Positions 1 to 11,893 are shown, counted from the stretch's first letter. The stretch: DNA of 49,228 nt from Chiloscyllium plagiosum (GCF_004010195.1 NC_057754.1:10748344-10797571), one strand, 5' to 3'. Notes: generated by a model not told the origin, from the sequence alone. Numbers and translations are program-made.

Positions 1-5
1 ATAGT

Positions 6-66
<61 letters not shown>

Positions 67-70
67 TGAC

Positions 71-161
<91 letters not shown>

Positions 162-250
162 CAGAAACAGACAGACAGACAGATAGATAGATAGACAGAT
201 CGAGAGATAAATAAATAGATAGATAGATAGATGGATAGACAGATAGATAA
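1..250. repeat. (GATA)n/(GACA)n microsatellite
   Basis: Uninterrupted AGAT runs with interspersed AGAC units; explains the spurious YLSI ORF at 5..298. Confidence 0.98.
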
Positions 251-809
251 AAAAGGGAGGATGGGAAAAGAAAGAAAGGAACATAAGGACGGGAGCACGA
301 AGGAATGGAACGAAGGAGGATGGAACGGGTAAATACACCAAGAGTATGTATATTGTTTTTTTCATGACTTTAGGACTACCAAATTATGTTGCAGCGAATA
401 ATCCTTTCGTGTTTTGGCAGCAAATGTGACAAGGAATAAGTCTGCGACTGCAGAGGTGAAGAATCAGGAACCTGTTTTCTGTGGTGTTGAACAGAGATAT
501 ATATTGTCCCAGATCCCCGGAGCAGATTTCTGCCTTTACATTTTGACGGAATCGTGGGTTATTTTACATTCCATGTGAAAGGGTTAAAAGGACAGTGAAT
601 GACCATGTAATCTCAGAACTTTGCATCCTTTTATTGGACACCCTATGAGTATTAGGAGCAGGGAGCTGCAACATTAGCATTTGGGATTTATGCCTCCTGC
701 ATGCAAAGGGTATCTCACAAGACTTTCTGAGTCTATGGAAAGATTGTAATGCTGTGAGCCACACTAATAGAAATCAAATAAGTGGAGACATCATTCTGAT
801 TTACCACTG

Positions 810-1705
810 TTAAAAACAAGCAGCGAGCCTGGTGAAAGGACCTATCAGCAAGTTCTTCAGCTCCCCTCGAAACCTTTTCTGTGATACCGCATAGATAAAG
901 ACGTTATTACAACAGCTGAGAAACGTGAGCATTATGGCTGTCTCTTGAAGGACATACTGCACATTGTTGGTATTCAGGCTCGTGAAATACCCCTCCCCTG
1001 TCACCCGCACGTAGAGGAAATGTCCGACATATGTGACCCAAAGGAGGAGGAAGCTGAGAGAGATGGCAAAGAGCAGCACAATGGACCTCCTGCGGTTGGT
1101 CATCTCCTGGTCTTCACGATTGTCAGTGCTGTGGAGCCTTCTGCGGGCTCTGTTGGCTTCGAGGATGTGTCTTACTGTCAAGGCATTGAGCATCAGAATG
1201 AGGAGGAATGGCAGAAAAGGAGTGAGGATATGATCCAGCCAATCATACGCCTGCCAGATGGTTGAGGTGTAGAAGATAGATTTGATGTCACAGAACCAGG
1301 GCACTCCATCTAAGATATACAAAGGCTTGTAGATGAAGTATAAAGGGATGTTCTTGATATAGCTCAGGACACAGATTATTCCAATGATCAGCGATGCAGT
1401 TTTCTCAGTGCAGTATCTGGTCTTCAAGTTCTGGCAGCAGATGGCTATGAAACGGTCGACGGTAAAGGCCACTGTCAGCCATACTGAGCTATCCCTTGTA
1501 GAATAAACAAGCACCGGGCTGATACTGCACACGGGGGTGGTGGACAGGACACTGTTACTAAAGTAGAGACGGCTGATCCGATTGAGAATGACAGCTGTAA
1601 TGATCACAAGTAAATCATTCACTGCTATCGCCACCAGGTAGTAGGTGATGCACCGAGAGAGACCACACCGTCCTCGGATTAAGATTAAAATTGCAAGGAA
1701 GTTGG
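810..1705 (-). CDS. Exon 2 of a class A (rhodopsin-like) GPCR, GPR139/GPR142-like
   Basis: Open frame with hydrophobic TM segments and family motifs ANFLAILILIRGRCGLS, YLVAIAVNDL, SVWLTVAFTVDRFIAIC (DRY-like), PFLLILMLNALTVRHI, RRSIVLLFAIS, NNVFIY (NPxxY-like); stop TAA at 810-812. Acceptor ttttgtctctcgcag|CC on the minus strand, exon starts at 1705 (phase 1). Confidence 0.93.
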
Positions 1706-2168
1706 CTGCGAGAGACAAAAAGGAAGTGATGTTTCTAATTGAACTTCAAACACCAGTTACTACCTCAAGCTACATGCAACTGATATCCAAAAGACCTGCC
1801 CACTTGCCATCCGCAGACTGAATATTATTCTTTCTGATGACAGATTCAATCTTCATGGCAAGTTAATGAACTTAATCCAGATTTGTTTTCTCTGTTCATT
1901 ATCTTAACCAACCCAAGTCAGATTATGCATCAACAAGATGCTTGCTGGCTCCAAATGGATACCTTTCCAGGAATATCTTGATCTTAATAATCACAGTTGT
2001 CAAATTTTTGTATGCTTCCATAGTCTCGCTGGTTAGTTCCTACAATTCCTGAACTCATTTTGGATCTCAGAATGCCTTCAATTCTGTCGTATTAATCTCC
2101 CTTGACATCACTCCCTTCATCAATATCAGTCATGTCTTGAGCCACTAAGGCCCTAATCTCTGCAATTA

Positions 2169-2497
2169 CGGAGGCACAGTGGCTCTGTGGTTAGCACTGC
2201 TGCCTCATGGTGCTACTTGCCCGCGTTCAATTCCAGCCCTCAAGCGACTACCTGTGTGGAGCTTGCACATTCTCTCCATGCCTGCGGTGCTCTGGTTTCT
2301 TCCCACAGGCCAAAGATGTGCAGGTTAGATGAATTGGCAATGCTAAATTGCCCATAGTGTTTCAGGGTGTGCATGCTAGCTGCATTGGCTGTAGGAAATG
2401 TAGAATAATGGAGTATTGCGAATGGATCTGGGTGGGACATTCTTCGGAGGGTCATTGTGAGCTCGTTGGGCATTTTTCCGTACTGCAGGGATTCTAT
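2169..2497 (+). mobile_element. HE1-type tRNA-derived SINE, in the GPCR intron
   Basis: Head GGCACAGTGGCTCTGTGGTTAGCACTGCTGCCTCA, body ...CAAAGATGTGCAGGTTAG...AAATTGCCCATAGTG, tail GGGATTCTAT; matches other copies in the window. Confidence 0.88.
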
Positions 2498-3498
2498 AAT
2501 TTTTATGACTACATCTCGCAACCACTCCCTCTCTTTCATTTTAAAGCTGTTCCTTTAGATATAACCCTTTGGTGAAATTTTAGGTCAATTCTTTTCTTGT
2601 CCCGTTTCGTATCCGGTTTGCTTATTAAAGCTCCTGAAACCCAATCCCCATTAACATTGAAGTGGCTGAAGAAACAAGCACAGATCCAGCTTCTCAAGTG
2701 AATTTTTGTGAGAAGCAACCAATGTTGACCTATCCAGTATTAGCGATATCCAGCTGATGATTGAAATATAATTAGACTAATTATTAAAATTAAAAGCCAA
2801 TTCCTCAATTTGATGAGCAGAATATAAAATATATGAAAAGTTTAAAAGTCTTGGATCTCTACACATTTATAAAGTTCATTATTATTGTTAAGATCTGCCC
2901 AGAGAAACTGTTGCACCATATAAATGCACCTGTACATTTATACAACCACTGATTAACCGTTATTACCATTTATTTGACATAACAATCATACTTTAATAAT
3001 TCATTTTCGAACACTACAGTAAGATGAGCGCATGAAATGCAATTTCCATTGCTGTAATACGTTTAAGAACAGAACAATTGATATTATGACACTTGTGATA
3101 AAGTTTTATTCCACATATTACTGAAAATACTGGATTAGATTTATGAAATTGCCAAGAAATTTAATATTCAATAATGTAAGCAAAACTTTTCATGCAATGC
3201 CATACATTACAAGTCATAGATTAGCAATCTGATAAATTGCATTTCCTTTTAGGTGCAGCATGATTATTCAATAATATATTTCAATGTTCCATGATACAAG
3301 CAAGAATTGCAGCGTGATTTATTATAAAGGTGTAATATTCTATATTTCACCTGCATAAATCTTAGAACCTATTTACAATACTTTACACTCAGACAGCACC
3401 AAATGTTTGAATAATTCAGTCTGCTCTATAAAGGGAAGTTAAAACATTTCTTTAAATTTACAGCAGCATAAGTCCATTATTTGTGATCCATTGCTTAC

Positions 3499-3568
3499 CA
3501 GGGACACCCACGACAGCCAGAATGGGGTAGCAGATGGCATAGAAGAGACCCTTTGTCGGTGCATGCAT
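3499..3568 (-). CDS. Exon 1 of the GPR139-like GPCR (MHAPTKGLFYAICYPILAVVGVP)
   Basis: ATG at 3568; 70 nt ending CCT G|gtaagc (canonical donor). Phase 1 joins exon 2 in frame to give ...VGVPANFLAI..., completing TM1; 70+896=966 nt = 321 aa + stop. Confidence 0.9.
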
Positions 3569-4007
3569 GATCTTTCTGAAACTAAGAGAACTAAACCAAT
3601 TACAAAAGTTGTTGAACTTAGCTCTGTGATAAAGCATCCCTCATTTATTGCAAGCGGGATTCTCTGGAGGGCCAATTAGGTTGGAAAATACCAACTTACA
3701 CGCAAATTAACTCACAGTTTAATGCTTGGACAAACCTACGCATCCTACCACCTGGAAGTACATTGGAAGCAGATACATGAGAACACGACCACGGGCATAC
3801 TCCCTACCATGACCCTCAGAAAATCCTGAAATGGAACCACGTCACCACTGCTTCACTGGCATTAACTGTTAAAATAATCTGAAGTCCCTCACAGTGACAT
3901 CGGCAAAAGCAGAGCAGCCCTGCTAGAATCACTGAGATTTTACATAAGAGATTTAAGCATCCCACAAGGATGGGAGCAAATTTCATATTCGTCTGCTCCT
4001 AGATAAT

Positions 4008-4208
4008 AGGTAAAAACAATGACTGCAGATGCTGGAAACCAGATTCTGGATTAGTGGTGCTGGAAGAGCACAGCAGGTCAGGCAGCATCCGAGGAGCAGT
4101 ACATCGACGTTTCGGGCAAAAGCCCTTCATCAGTTTATTCCTGATGAAGGGCTTTTGCCCGAAATTCGATTTTACTGCTCCTCGGATGCTGCCTGAACTG
4201 CCATGCTT
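4008..4208. mobile_element. Short fold-back Penelope-like element with hammerhead core
   Basis: Inverted arms around 4134-4140; minus-strand core CTGATGA-A-GGGC-TTTT-GCCC-GAAACGTC at 4106-4133, degenerate plus-strand copy at 4141-4168; 9-bp TSD CTAGATAAT at 3999-4007 and 4209-4217. Confidence 0.85.
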
Positions 4209-4546
4209 CTAGATAATGGCCAGAGTGCGACGTAAACCCCGCTCTTTCGTGAAACACACATGATTCTTAGCGTGCTTGACAGCGTGGATACATCCAAGTC
4301 ATTCCCCCTTCTTGGACCTCTGAGATCATAATCTGAGAATAAGGATCGCTGATGGGTCATAAAGTCGTGAACAAAATGATAGAAAGTTCGAGCAATGACA
4401 GTGGAAATACTGAAGCAACTACTGAAGTGGGCACCTTCGAATTGAATTTTTATCTGAGATTATCTTTGCTGGTTGTTCACGTTGTACATATTAGCATTCC
4501 TGCTCTCGTACCTGTTCACAACATATGCAGGGGTTAGGCCTGCACA

Positions 4547-4619
4547 GAGCCAATGGTGCAATTAATAACGCTCCAGATTTCGGATTAGAAGGCTGTAGAT
4601 TCGACCCCGACATTGGTCG
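4547..4619 (+). pseudogene. Degenerate tRNA-Arg
   Basis: 73 nt colinear with vertebrate tRNA-Arg (GGGCCAGTGGCGCAATGGATAACGCG...GGATCAGAAG...TTCGAC...TCG); TCG at the anticodon position; broken stems and mutated A/B boxes. Confidence 0.72.
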
Positions 4620-5114
4620 AGAGCAATTTGCATCTGTTCAATCAGCAAATGTCTCTGAGGGCATCAGAGACGATGACCCACCGTCAGGACAGAAGGACAA
4701 GGCCTCCTGATTGTCCCTGCTTGTTCGCGCAGTTCACATTCTATTCCCGCTCTTAAAGAGCTCCTGAAGATTCAGAAACCTGAAAATTGGATTTTCTGTC
4801 TTGTTCCCTTTACGTTCTCACGAACCATAGTGCTTGGACCAGTACGTTTGGGAAATTGAAGGTTGCACATGAGCAGTTTTAGGATTATTTCACCTTGTCC
4901 TTCTCTGATGACACTGGGAAATTGACTCTGATGTTCTTGAGGACATTTACGAATTCTGAAAAGATTGTCATTCCTGCACGACAGGAATTCAAACCTCGTC
5001 CTGGCCTCACGATTTAAATATATGATTTGCATGAGAATGCAGAAGGCATGGTTAGTAAGTAGAGGGATGAAAACAGAATTGAGTTGTAAATCAAACATCA
5101 TCAGATTATAGTGC

Positions 5115-5230
5115 AACAGGTTTGTTTGGAAGTTCAACCTTTCGAAGCGCTGCTCCTTTGTCAGGTAGCTACTGGACTAGCTACCGTGTGTGATTTTAAA
5201 CATTGTCTACCCAGGCCAACACCGGCACCA
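5115..5230. mobile_element. Degenerate short PLE-derived element (second family)
   Basis: CTTTCGAAGCGCTGCTCCTTTGTCAG is a decayed reverse complement of CTGATGAAGGAGCAGCGCTCCGAAAG, followed by a GTGTGATTTT...CCAACACCGGCA tail. Confidence 0.55.
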
Positions 5231-5249
5231 TCGGCACAGTAGACAGTGA

Positions 5250-5492
5250 AAAACGTTTTCCAAGATTACAAAGGATCTTGATGAAATGGGTAAATGGGCT
5301 GACAATTCGAAGATGGGATCAATCTGGATAAAGCGAGACATAAGTAAATTGTTTGGATAAGTGTATGAATAAGAAAATATTGGAGGGCTACGGCCCATAA
5401 GCAGACAGATGGACTAGTTTAGTTTGGGATTATGTTCGGCATGGACTGGCTGGACAAAGGTGTCTATTTCCATGCTGTATGGCTCTATGACA
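5250..5492 (+). mobile_element. CR1 LINE 3' fragment
   Basis: Typical CR1 3' UTR (GGCATGGACTGGCTGGAC...TTTCCATGCTGTATGGCTCTATGAC). Confidence 0.65.
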
Positions 5493-5904
5493 AAGAGAAA
5501 GCTCAGTTTAGAAGTATAGAAAAGTTGAAAATTGCTCTAGAGCTTGATAGGACTGGAACCTAAAATCTTCTCATCTGGAGTCAATCAAATCATGGTCTCC
5601 ATGAGTCAAGATTCTGAACAAATTCAGAGACGTTTTTGGTCTTTTCTCGGTCAGCGTCTCAAATCAGGTGACTTGGTTGAGCCAAGCTTTTACAGCGGCG
5701 CAGCATCTCATAACAGGTCCCCATTACTGTCAGCCTGTTCTCAACTTTCCTGTAGTACACTGCTGAACAACGTCATGTTATCCCAGTACCCCTTTCTTCA
5801 CATTGAAACCCGTGATGACATAAGCCATATGGCAAAGCTTCCCGTCAGCATAACTGGTTATACATTGATTATTTCACTAAGAATTTGCTTCCATTGATGT
5901 CGCT

Positions 5905-6055
5905 TGGTCTAAATCCTGGAATACCCTCCTAACGTCATTATGGCTGCAACTACGTCATAATGACATCAACTGCTCAAGGAAATAGCTCATCTCCTCCATC
6001 GCTGGTGTAATTACACATGGGCAATAAATCTCAGTGAGGGACGCGAGTATCACAG
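5905..6055 (+). mobile_element. Old LINE/SINE 3' tail remnant (CR1/L2 group)
   Basis: AAATCCTGGAATACCCTCCTAAC...CTCAAGGAAATAGCTCA...GGGCAATAAAT pattern recognised from memory; heavily diverged. Confidence 0.45.
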
Positions 6056-6627
6056 GAATCATTTTTTTGTAAGTTGTGTTTTCTGATTAGAAGTCTGCAA
6101 AACAAGTTGAATGGCAGAGTGAGGGCGTGAAAACAGAAGTGAAATGCATTGGTGACGGGGAGGCATTATGCAGGAAGTGAGTGGAGAGCTGGTGACGGTG
6201 CTAATGGGTCAAACTTTACTGTCCACAATTTACACTGACTCCTACATTATTTTTTGTCAATTAACTACAATCATGAGCATCCTCTTATAACGTTTCCTAC
6301 GTATGTATAAACACGGCTAGTAGAGAATGAACGTATTCCCTTTATCGAGTTAATTTAGGAGGTAAAATGTTACTTTTAAACCAATGCAAAACGGGAATGT
6401 CTCATTCTGTGTGTTTTCCGTGGAAACTGTTCAGCTGTCAATTTTCCGTTCACTTTTTTGCAAAACTGGAAGGTGATTGACATTTTCACTGAGCAACACT
6501 GAAACAAAAAAAACCATCGAAGCTTGTTTACCAGCTCATTTAGCACATAGTCATCTCCCTTAAAGGACTTTCGACAGCACCATTAAGTAACATGCCGAAG
6601 AAATGTAATGTAGTTGAATTGAGCTCG

Positions 6628-8395
6628 AACATATAAAACAAAGAACATTACAGTGCAGGACAGGCCCGTCGGATCGATGTTGCGCCGACCTGTGAAACCA
6701 ATCTGAGGCATGTAAAGTACACTACTCCATTCTCGTCCATGTGCCTATACACTGACTAATTAAATGCTCGTAAAATTGGCGAATCTCCGACTGTTGCAGG
6801 CAGTGCATTCCACGCTCCTACTGCTCTGAGTAAAGAAACTACGTCTGACATCTGCCCTATATCTATCACCCCTCAATTTGAAGCTATGTCCCCTCGTGCT
6901 AGCCATCACCATCCTCGGAAATAAGCTTTCACTGTCGACCCTATCCAACCCTCTGATTATCTTATATGTCTCTATTAAGTCACCTTTCACCATTCTTCTC
7001 TCTAACGAAAACAGCCTCAAGCCCCTCAACCTTTCCTCATAAGACCGCCCCCCATACCAGGCAACGGCCTAGTAAATCTCCTCTGAACCCTTTCCAAAGC
7101 TTCAACATCCTTCCTATAATGCGGCAACCGGAACTGCATGTAATACTCCAAGTACTGGTGCACCAGAGTTCTGTACAGTTGCAGCGTGATCTCATGGTTC
7201 CGAAACTCGATCCCTCTACTAATAAAGACTAACACGTTGTAGGCCTTCGTAACAGCCCTACCAACCTGGGTGGCAACGTTGAGGGATATATGTACATGGA
7301 CACCGACATCTCTCTGCTCATCTACACTACCAAGAATCTTACCATGCGCCCAGTACTCTGCATTCATGTTAGTCCTAAAGTGAATGACCTCACACTTTTC
7401 TGCATTAAACTCCATTTGCCACCTGTCAGCCCAGCTCTGCAACTTACCTATGTCCCCCTGTAACCTAAAATATCCTTCAGCACTATTCACAACTGTACCA
7501 ACCTTAATGTCATCTGCAAATTTGGTAGATTAGAGTGGTGCTGCAAGGGCTGATTAAGGACTTTTGCCCGAAACGTCGATTTTTCTGCTCCTAGGATGCT
7601 GCCTGACCTGCTGTGCTTTTCCAGCACCACTCCAATCTAGACTCTGGTTTCCAGCATCTGCAATCCTCACTTTTGCCTTGCAAATTTGGAACCCATCCTT
7701 CTACGCCCTCATCTAGGTCGTTTATAAAAATGACAAACAGCAGTGGACTCAAAACAGATCCGTGCGGTACACCACTTACAACTGAACTCCAGGATGAACA
7801 TTTCCCATCAACCATCACTCTCTGTCTTCTTTCAGCTAGCCAATTTCTAATCCAAACCGCTAAATCACCCTCAATCCCGTTGCCTCTGTATTTTGTGCAG
7901 TAGCCTACCATGGGGAAAATAAACAAACGCCTATGTGCACCACATCAACTGCTTTACCCTCATCCACCTGTTTTTCCACCTTCTCAAATAACGCTGTAAG
8001 GTTTGTGAGGCACGATCTACCCTTCACAAAAGCATGTTGACTATCCCTACTCAACCTATTCCTTTCGAGGTGATTATAAATTCTCTGTCTTATAACCTTT
8101 TACAACACTTTAACCACAAACGAAGTACGGCTCACTGATCTATAATTACCAGGGTTGTCTCTACTCCCCTTCTTGAACAAGGGGACATTTGCCATCCTCC
8201 AGTCTTCTGGTACTATTCTTGTAGACAATGACGACATAAAGATCAGAGACAAAGGCTCGGCAATCTCCTCCCTGGCTTCCCAGAGAATCCTAGGATAAGT
8301 CCCATCCGCCCCAGGGGACTTACCTATTTTCACACTTGCCAGAGTTCTTAACACCTTCTCTTTGTGAACCTCATTCCCATCTAGTCTAGTACCAT
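6628..8395 (-). mobile_element. CR1 LINE, 5'-truncated, disrupted ORF2 (reverse transcriptase)
   Basis: Translated fragments [98 protein letters not shown]-type tail near 6628. Confidence 0.93.
7526..7678 (+). mobile_element. Short PLE-derived element inserted in the CR1 RT
   Basis: Decayed core CTGATTAAGGACTTTTGCCCGAAACGTC plus family arm and tail; 11-bp TSD TGCAAATTTGG at 7515-7525 and 7679-7689. Confidence 0.85.
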
Positions 8396-8596
8396 TGGTC
8401 TATTTAGAGTCCATGTAGTCCATCTAGTATCATTCAGAGTTGGTCTGAACAATTGCTGCACCTGATTAAGTATGTACTCGATGAAAAGGGAATCATTCCA
8501 TCTTTGTACTGAAAAGACCAGAGATCTTTTCCAGCATATCATGTCTGATACTGACAATTCATAAACTGAAGTGGTGACATGACTTGTTGAAATTTA

Positions 8597-10800
8597 AGAC
8601 CAGAAGACCATAATACATGCGAGCAGAAATTAGGCCATTCAGCACATCGAGTCTGTTCCGCCATTCAATATGGCTGATAGGTTTTTCACACCCAATCTCC
8701 TGCTTTGTCCTTGTAACTCTTGAGCCCCGTTGTTACTCAAGCATCTATCTTAGTCTTACATATCTCAATGACATGGCCTCCACAGGCTTCTATGGCAATG
8801 AATTCCATAGATTCGCCACACAGTGGCTGAAGAAGTTTCTCCTTATCTCTATTTGAAAAGGTCTTCCTTTTACGCTCAGACTTCATCAGATCCTTGTCTT
8901 TCCTACCAATGGAAGCACCTTCCCAACATTTACTCTGTCCTGGCCATTCAGTATTCTGTCTGTTTCAATTAGATCATCTTCCTAAACTGCACCGAGTATA
9001 AACACAGAGCCCACCAATATTTCTCATAGGTTCAGTTTTTCCTTCCTTGTACGATTCTTGTGAACTTTCTCTGAGCACGTTCCAGGGTCAGTACATGCTT
9101 TTTGAGATATGGAGACCGAAACTGCACAGAATACTCCAAATGTGGTCGGACCAGAGCCTTATAGAAACACAGAAGTACACCTTGCCTTTATATTGAAGTC
9201 TTCTCAAAATAAGTGACATAATTGCATTTTCCTTCCTAACTCCTGGCTCAACCTGCAAGTTTACCTTGAGAGAATCCTGCAGGAGAACTCTGAAGTTTTG
9301 TTGCACTTCAGACTTCTGAATTATCTACACATTTTGAAAATAGGTCATGCCTCTATTTTTCCTGTGGAAGCTCTTTTTGCTGGCCTGCCTGTTTGCAGCC
9401 ATTTAGTCAGTCATGATATTGCTCTTGCCTAGCTTAATCCCTCGCCCTGGGTGGCCTCTAGCAAACTAGAATATTCTGCATCAACTGCACAACTTCTGCT
9501 TTTCCCACATAACTTCTACTTTGCTTATCTGCAGCCACCTGTGAGGCAAAACCATAACCCAGCCAGACGTTATCATCGGGTGGATGTAGAATCTGGAGTG
9601 TGCATTGACTCATGATCTGAGAACAATAGTTTGTTATGGACAGTCTTAGAAGGCCGACCTTGGACTCTGCCTGTTGTATAGCCAAGTAGGGCCTCTAGTG
9701 ACTATTTTGTGATTTTGCATTTGATTGAGGAATTACCAGCTCAGTGTCTGTTGTACTAAATAAATCCACAGCGATCTGGAACATTTTGGAGTAGCATTGG
9801 ATCAATATAAGGGATGGTGTGCTCCCCATGATGTCATGCAATAGAGTTTCTCAATGCTCAAGGTCTGAGTCCGGAGAATTTCTTCAACACTTCCTACCAA
9901 GGTGCATGACCTCACACTTTTAAACGTTGTACTCCATCTGCCATTTCTTTGCCCAATCTCCAAGCCTGTCTAAATCTTTCTGCAGACTCCTCTTCTCCTC
10001 AATGCTACCTGTTCCTCTACCTATCTTTGTATCATCCGCAAACTTAGCCAGAATGCCCTCAGCTCCTTTATATAAAGTGGAAAATGGTGGTCCCAACACT
10101 GAGCCTTGTGGAACATCGCTTGCCACTGGGTGCCATCCTGACAAGGGCCGTTTTATCCCCACTCTCTGCTTTCCGCCGAACAGCCAAGCTTCTATCCATA
10201 CTAGCATCTTGCCTTTGACACCATGGGCCCTTATCTCACTCAGTAGTCTTCTGTGCTGCACTTTCCTAAAGGCTTTCTTGACGTCCACGTAGATAACATC
10301 CTTTGGCTTTCTCAAAGGATTTTGAAGTTTTGTCAGACATGACCTCCCCTTCATGAAACCATGCTGAGCTTTACTCTATTTTATCAAGTATTCAGAAATC
10401 GCATCTTTTGCAATGGATTCCAGAAGCTTACCCACGACTGAGTTTAGGCTAATCCGTCTGTAATTTGCCATACTCCCTTTTTAAACAGGGGTGTCACGTT
10501 AGCGATTTTCCAATCCTTTGGGGCTCTTCCTGATTCTATCTATTCCTGAAAGATCACGACGAAAGCCTCCCCTATATCTCCCGCCATCGCCCTTAGAATT
10601 CTGATGGAGTCCATCCAGTCCAGGTGATTTCTCCATCTGCAAGCCATTCAGTTTTTCCAGCGCCTTCTCCTTGGTGATGACCACTATACTCAGCATTGCC
10701 CGCTCGTGAATTTTTGGTGTATTATACGTGTGCTCCGCCGTAAGGACTGACGCAAAGTAATTACTCAGGTCCTCAGCCATTTTCCAGCGGGCCACTCTCC
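8597..10800 (-). mobile_element. CR1 LINE ORF2 remnant interrupted by an unrelated insert at about 9363-9890
   Basis: KSPGLDGLH, KGRSCLTKL, SDVPQGSVLGP, AKFADDTKIG, WAKKWQMEYNV; 3' tail AAGACCA repeats near 8597. Confidence 0.9.
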
Positions 10801-11152
10801 ACTTTTGCCTCTCTTCCTTTACCTGAGACAAGTGCTGAGATCCGCTGAAACGGTGTGAACTGCTGCTGATGTTTCGTTTCCTGCTTCGTTCCCTTCCACT
10901 ATTGTTCGTGCCTTAATTTGAGCTTGAAGAGATTATTTACACCATCGCCATACTCCATTTTTTCGTCGATGAATTTCACGCTGAATTTGCGCTCGTTTGA
11001 GGTCATCTGTCCGCACTGATATTTAACATGCCGTCCTGTACACTTCAGACCTGATGATAAGCACCTTGAAGGGGAATTCGATCTACGTGTACTGAAGATA
11101 AAGTTAAAGCAATTAAATGCGTCATCGCTGAGTTTAACCATGCTGATTTTGA

Positions 11153-11461
11153 TCCGAGCTTAAAAATGTGTTGCTGGAAAAGCGCAGCAGGTCAGGCAGC
11201 ATCCAAGGAGCAGGAGAATCGACGTTTCGAGCATAAGTCCTTCTTCAGGAATCCTAGATCGATTCATAGAAACGATGTAACACTGCAGACCAGAACTATG
11301 TCAGGCTAGAAAGAAAAATACAGAACAGTAACTGTGCGCACAGATCGGAAGCGTCCTGAATTGCACGCGTTCATAAATAAACGTTTGGATGCTGCCTGAC
11401 CTGCTGCGCTTTTCCAGCAACACATTTTTAAGCTCGGATCCCCAGCATCTGCAGCCCTAGT
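11153..11461. mobile_element. Fold-back PLE-derived element with a 124-bp captured segment
   Basis: Inverted arms GATCCGAGCTTAAAAATGTGTTGCTGG.../...CCAGCAACACATTTTTAAGCTCGGATC; hammerhead-like core on minus at 11221-11248; TSD TGATTTTGA at 11144-11152 and 11462-11470. Confidence 0.88.
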
Positions 11462-11813
11462 TGATTTTGACCCGTCAAAGCTTCTATCAAAAATTGCGAG
11501 AATGAATGTGACCACATTAGGCGAATTGGCCACCCTAAATTGCGCTGAGGGATGTGTAGTTCAGGCGCTTTCGTCAAGGGAAATGCAGAGGAATAGGGGA
11601 GGGGGATGAGTCGAGGTGTGGACTTGATGAGCCGTTTCCACACTGTAGAGATTCTATGCAGATGAATAACACAAACGCACTTATTTGATGATTCATAGAA
11701 ACGATGTAACACTGCAGACCAGAACTATGTCAGGCTAGAAAGAAAAATACATAACAGTAACTGTGCGCACAGATCGGAAGCGTCCTGAATTGCACGCGTT
11801 CATAAATAAACGT
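11261..11813 (+). repeat. 124-bp direct repeat (11261-11384 and 11690-11813)
   Basis: GATTCATAGAAACGATG...CATAAATAAACGT present twice, one mismatch seen (CAGAACAG vs CATAACAG). Confidence 0.95.
11515..11660 (+). mobile_element. HE1-type SINE 3' fragment
   Basis: TTAGGCGAATTGGCCACCCTAAATTG...GGTGTGGACTTGATG...TTTCCACACTGTAGAGATTCTATG. Confidence 0.75.
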
Positions 11814-11893
11814 AACTGCGAAACTGGATATGCCCACTTTGAATACAATTAATTAACCTGGAAAATTCTGCTTGGGAAACAGCTAGTGTTACT

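Noticed and set aside
5..298. 97-aa ORF with YLSI repeats
   Set aside because: Translation of the GATA microsatellite; same for 28234..28440.
945..1265. Plus-strand ORFs overlapping the GPCR
   Set aside because: Antisense shadows with no recognisable protein features.
1706..1718. ORF-track start MSLA for the GPCR
   Set aside because: Lies in the intron polypyrimidine tract/acceptor; the real start is in exon 1 at 3568.
11050..11075. CTGATGATAAGCACCTTGAAG as another hammerhead
   Set aside because: No GAAA box or convincing stem II and cleavage triplet.
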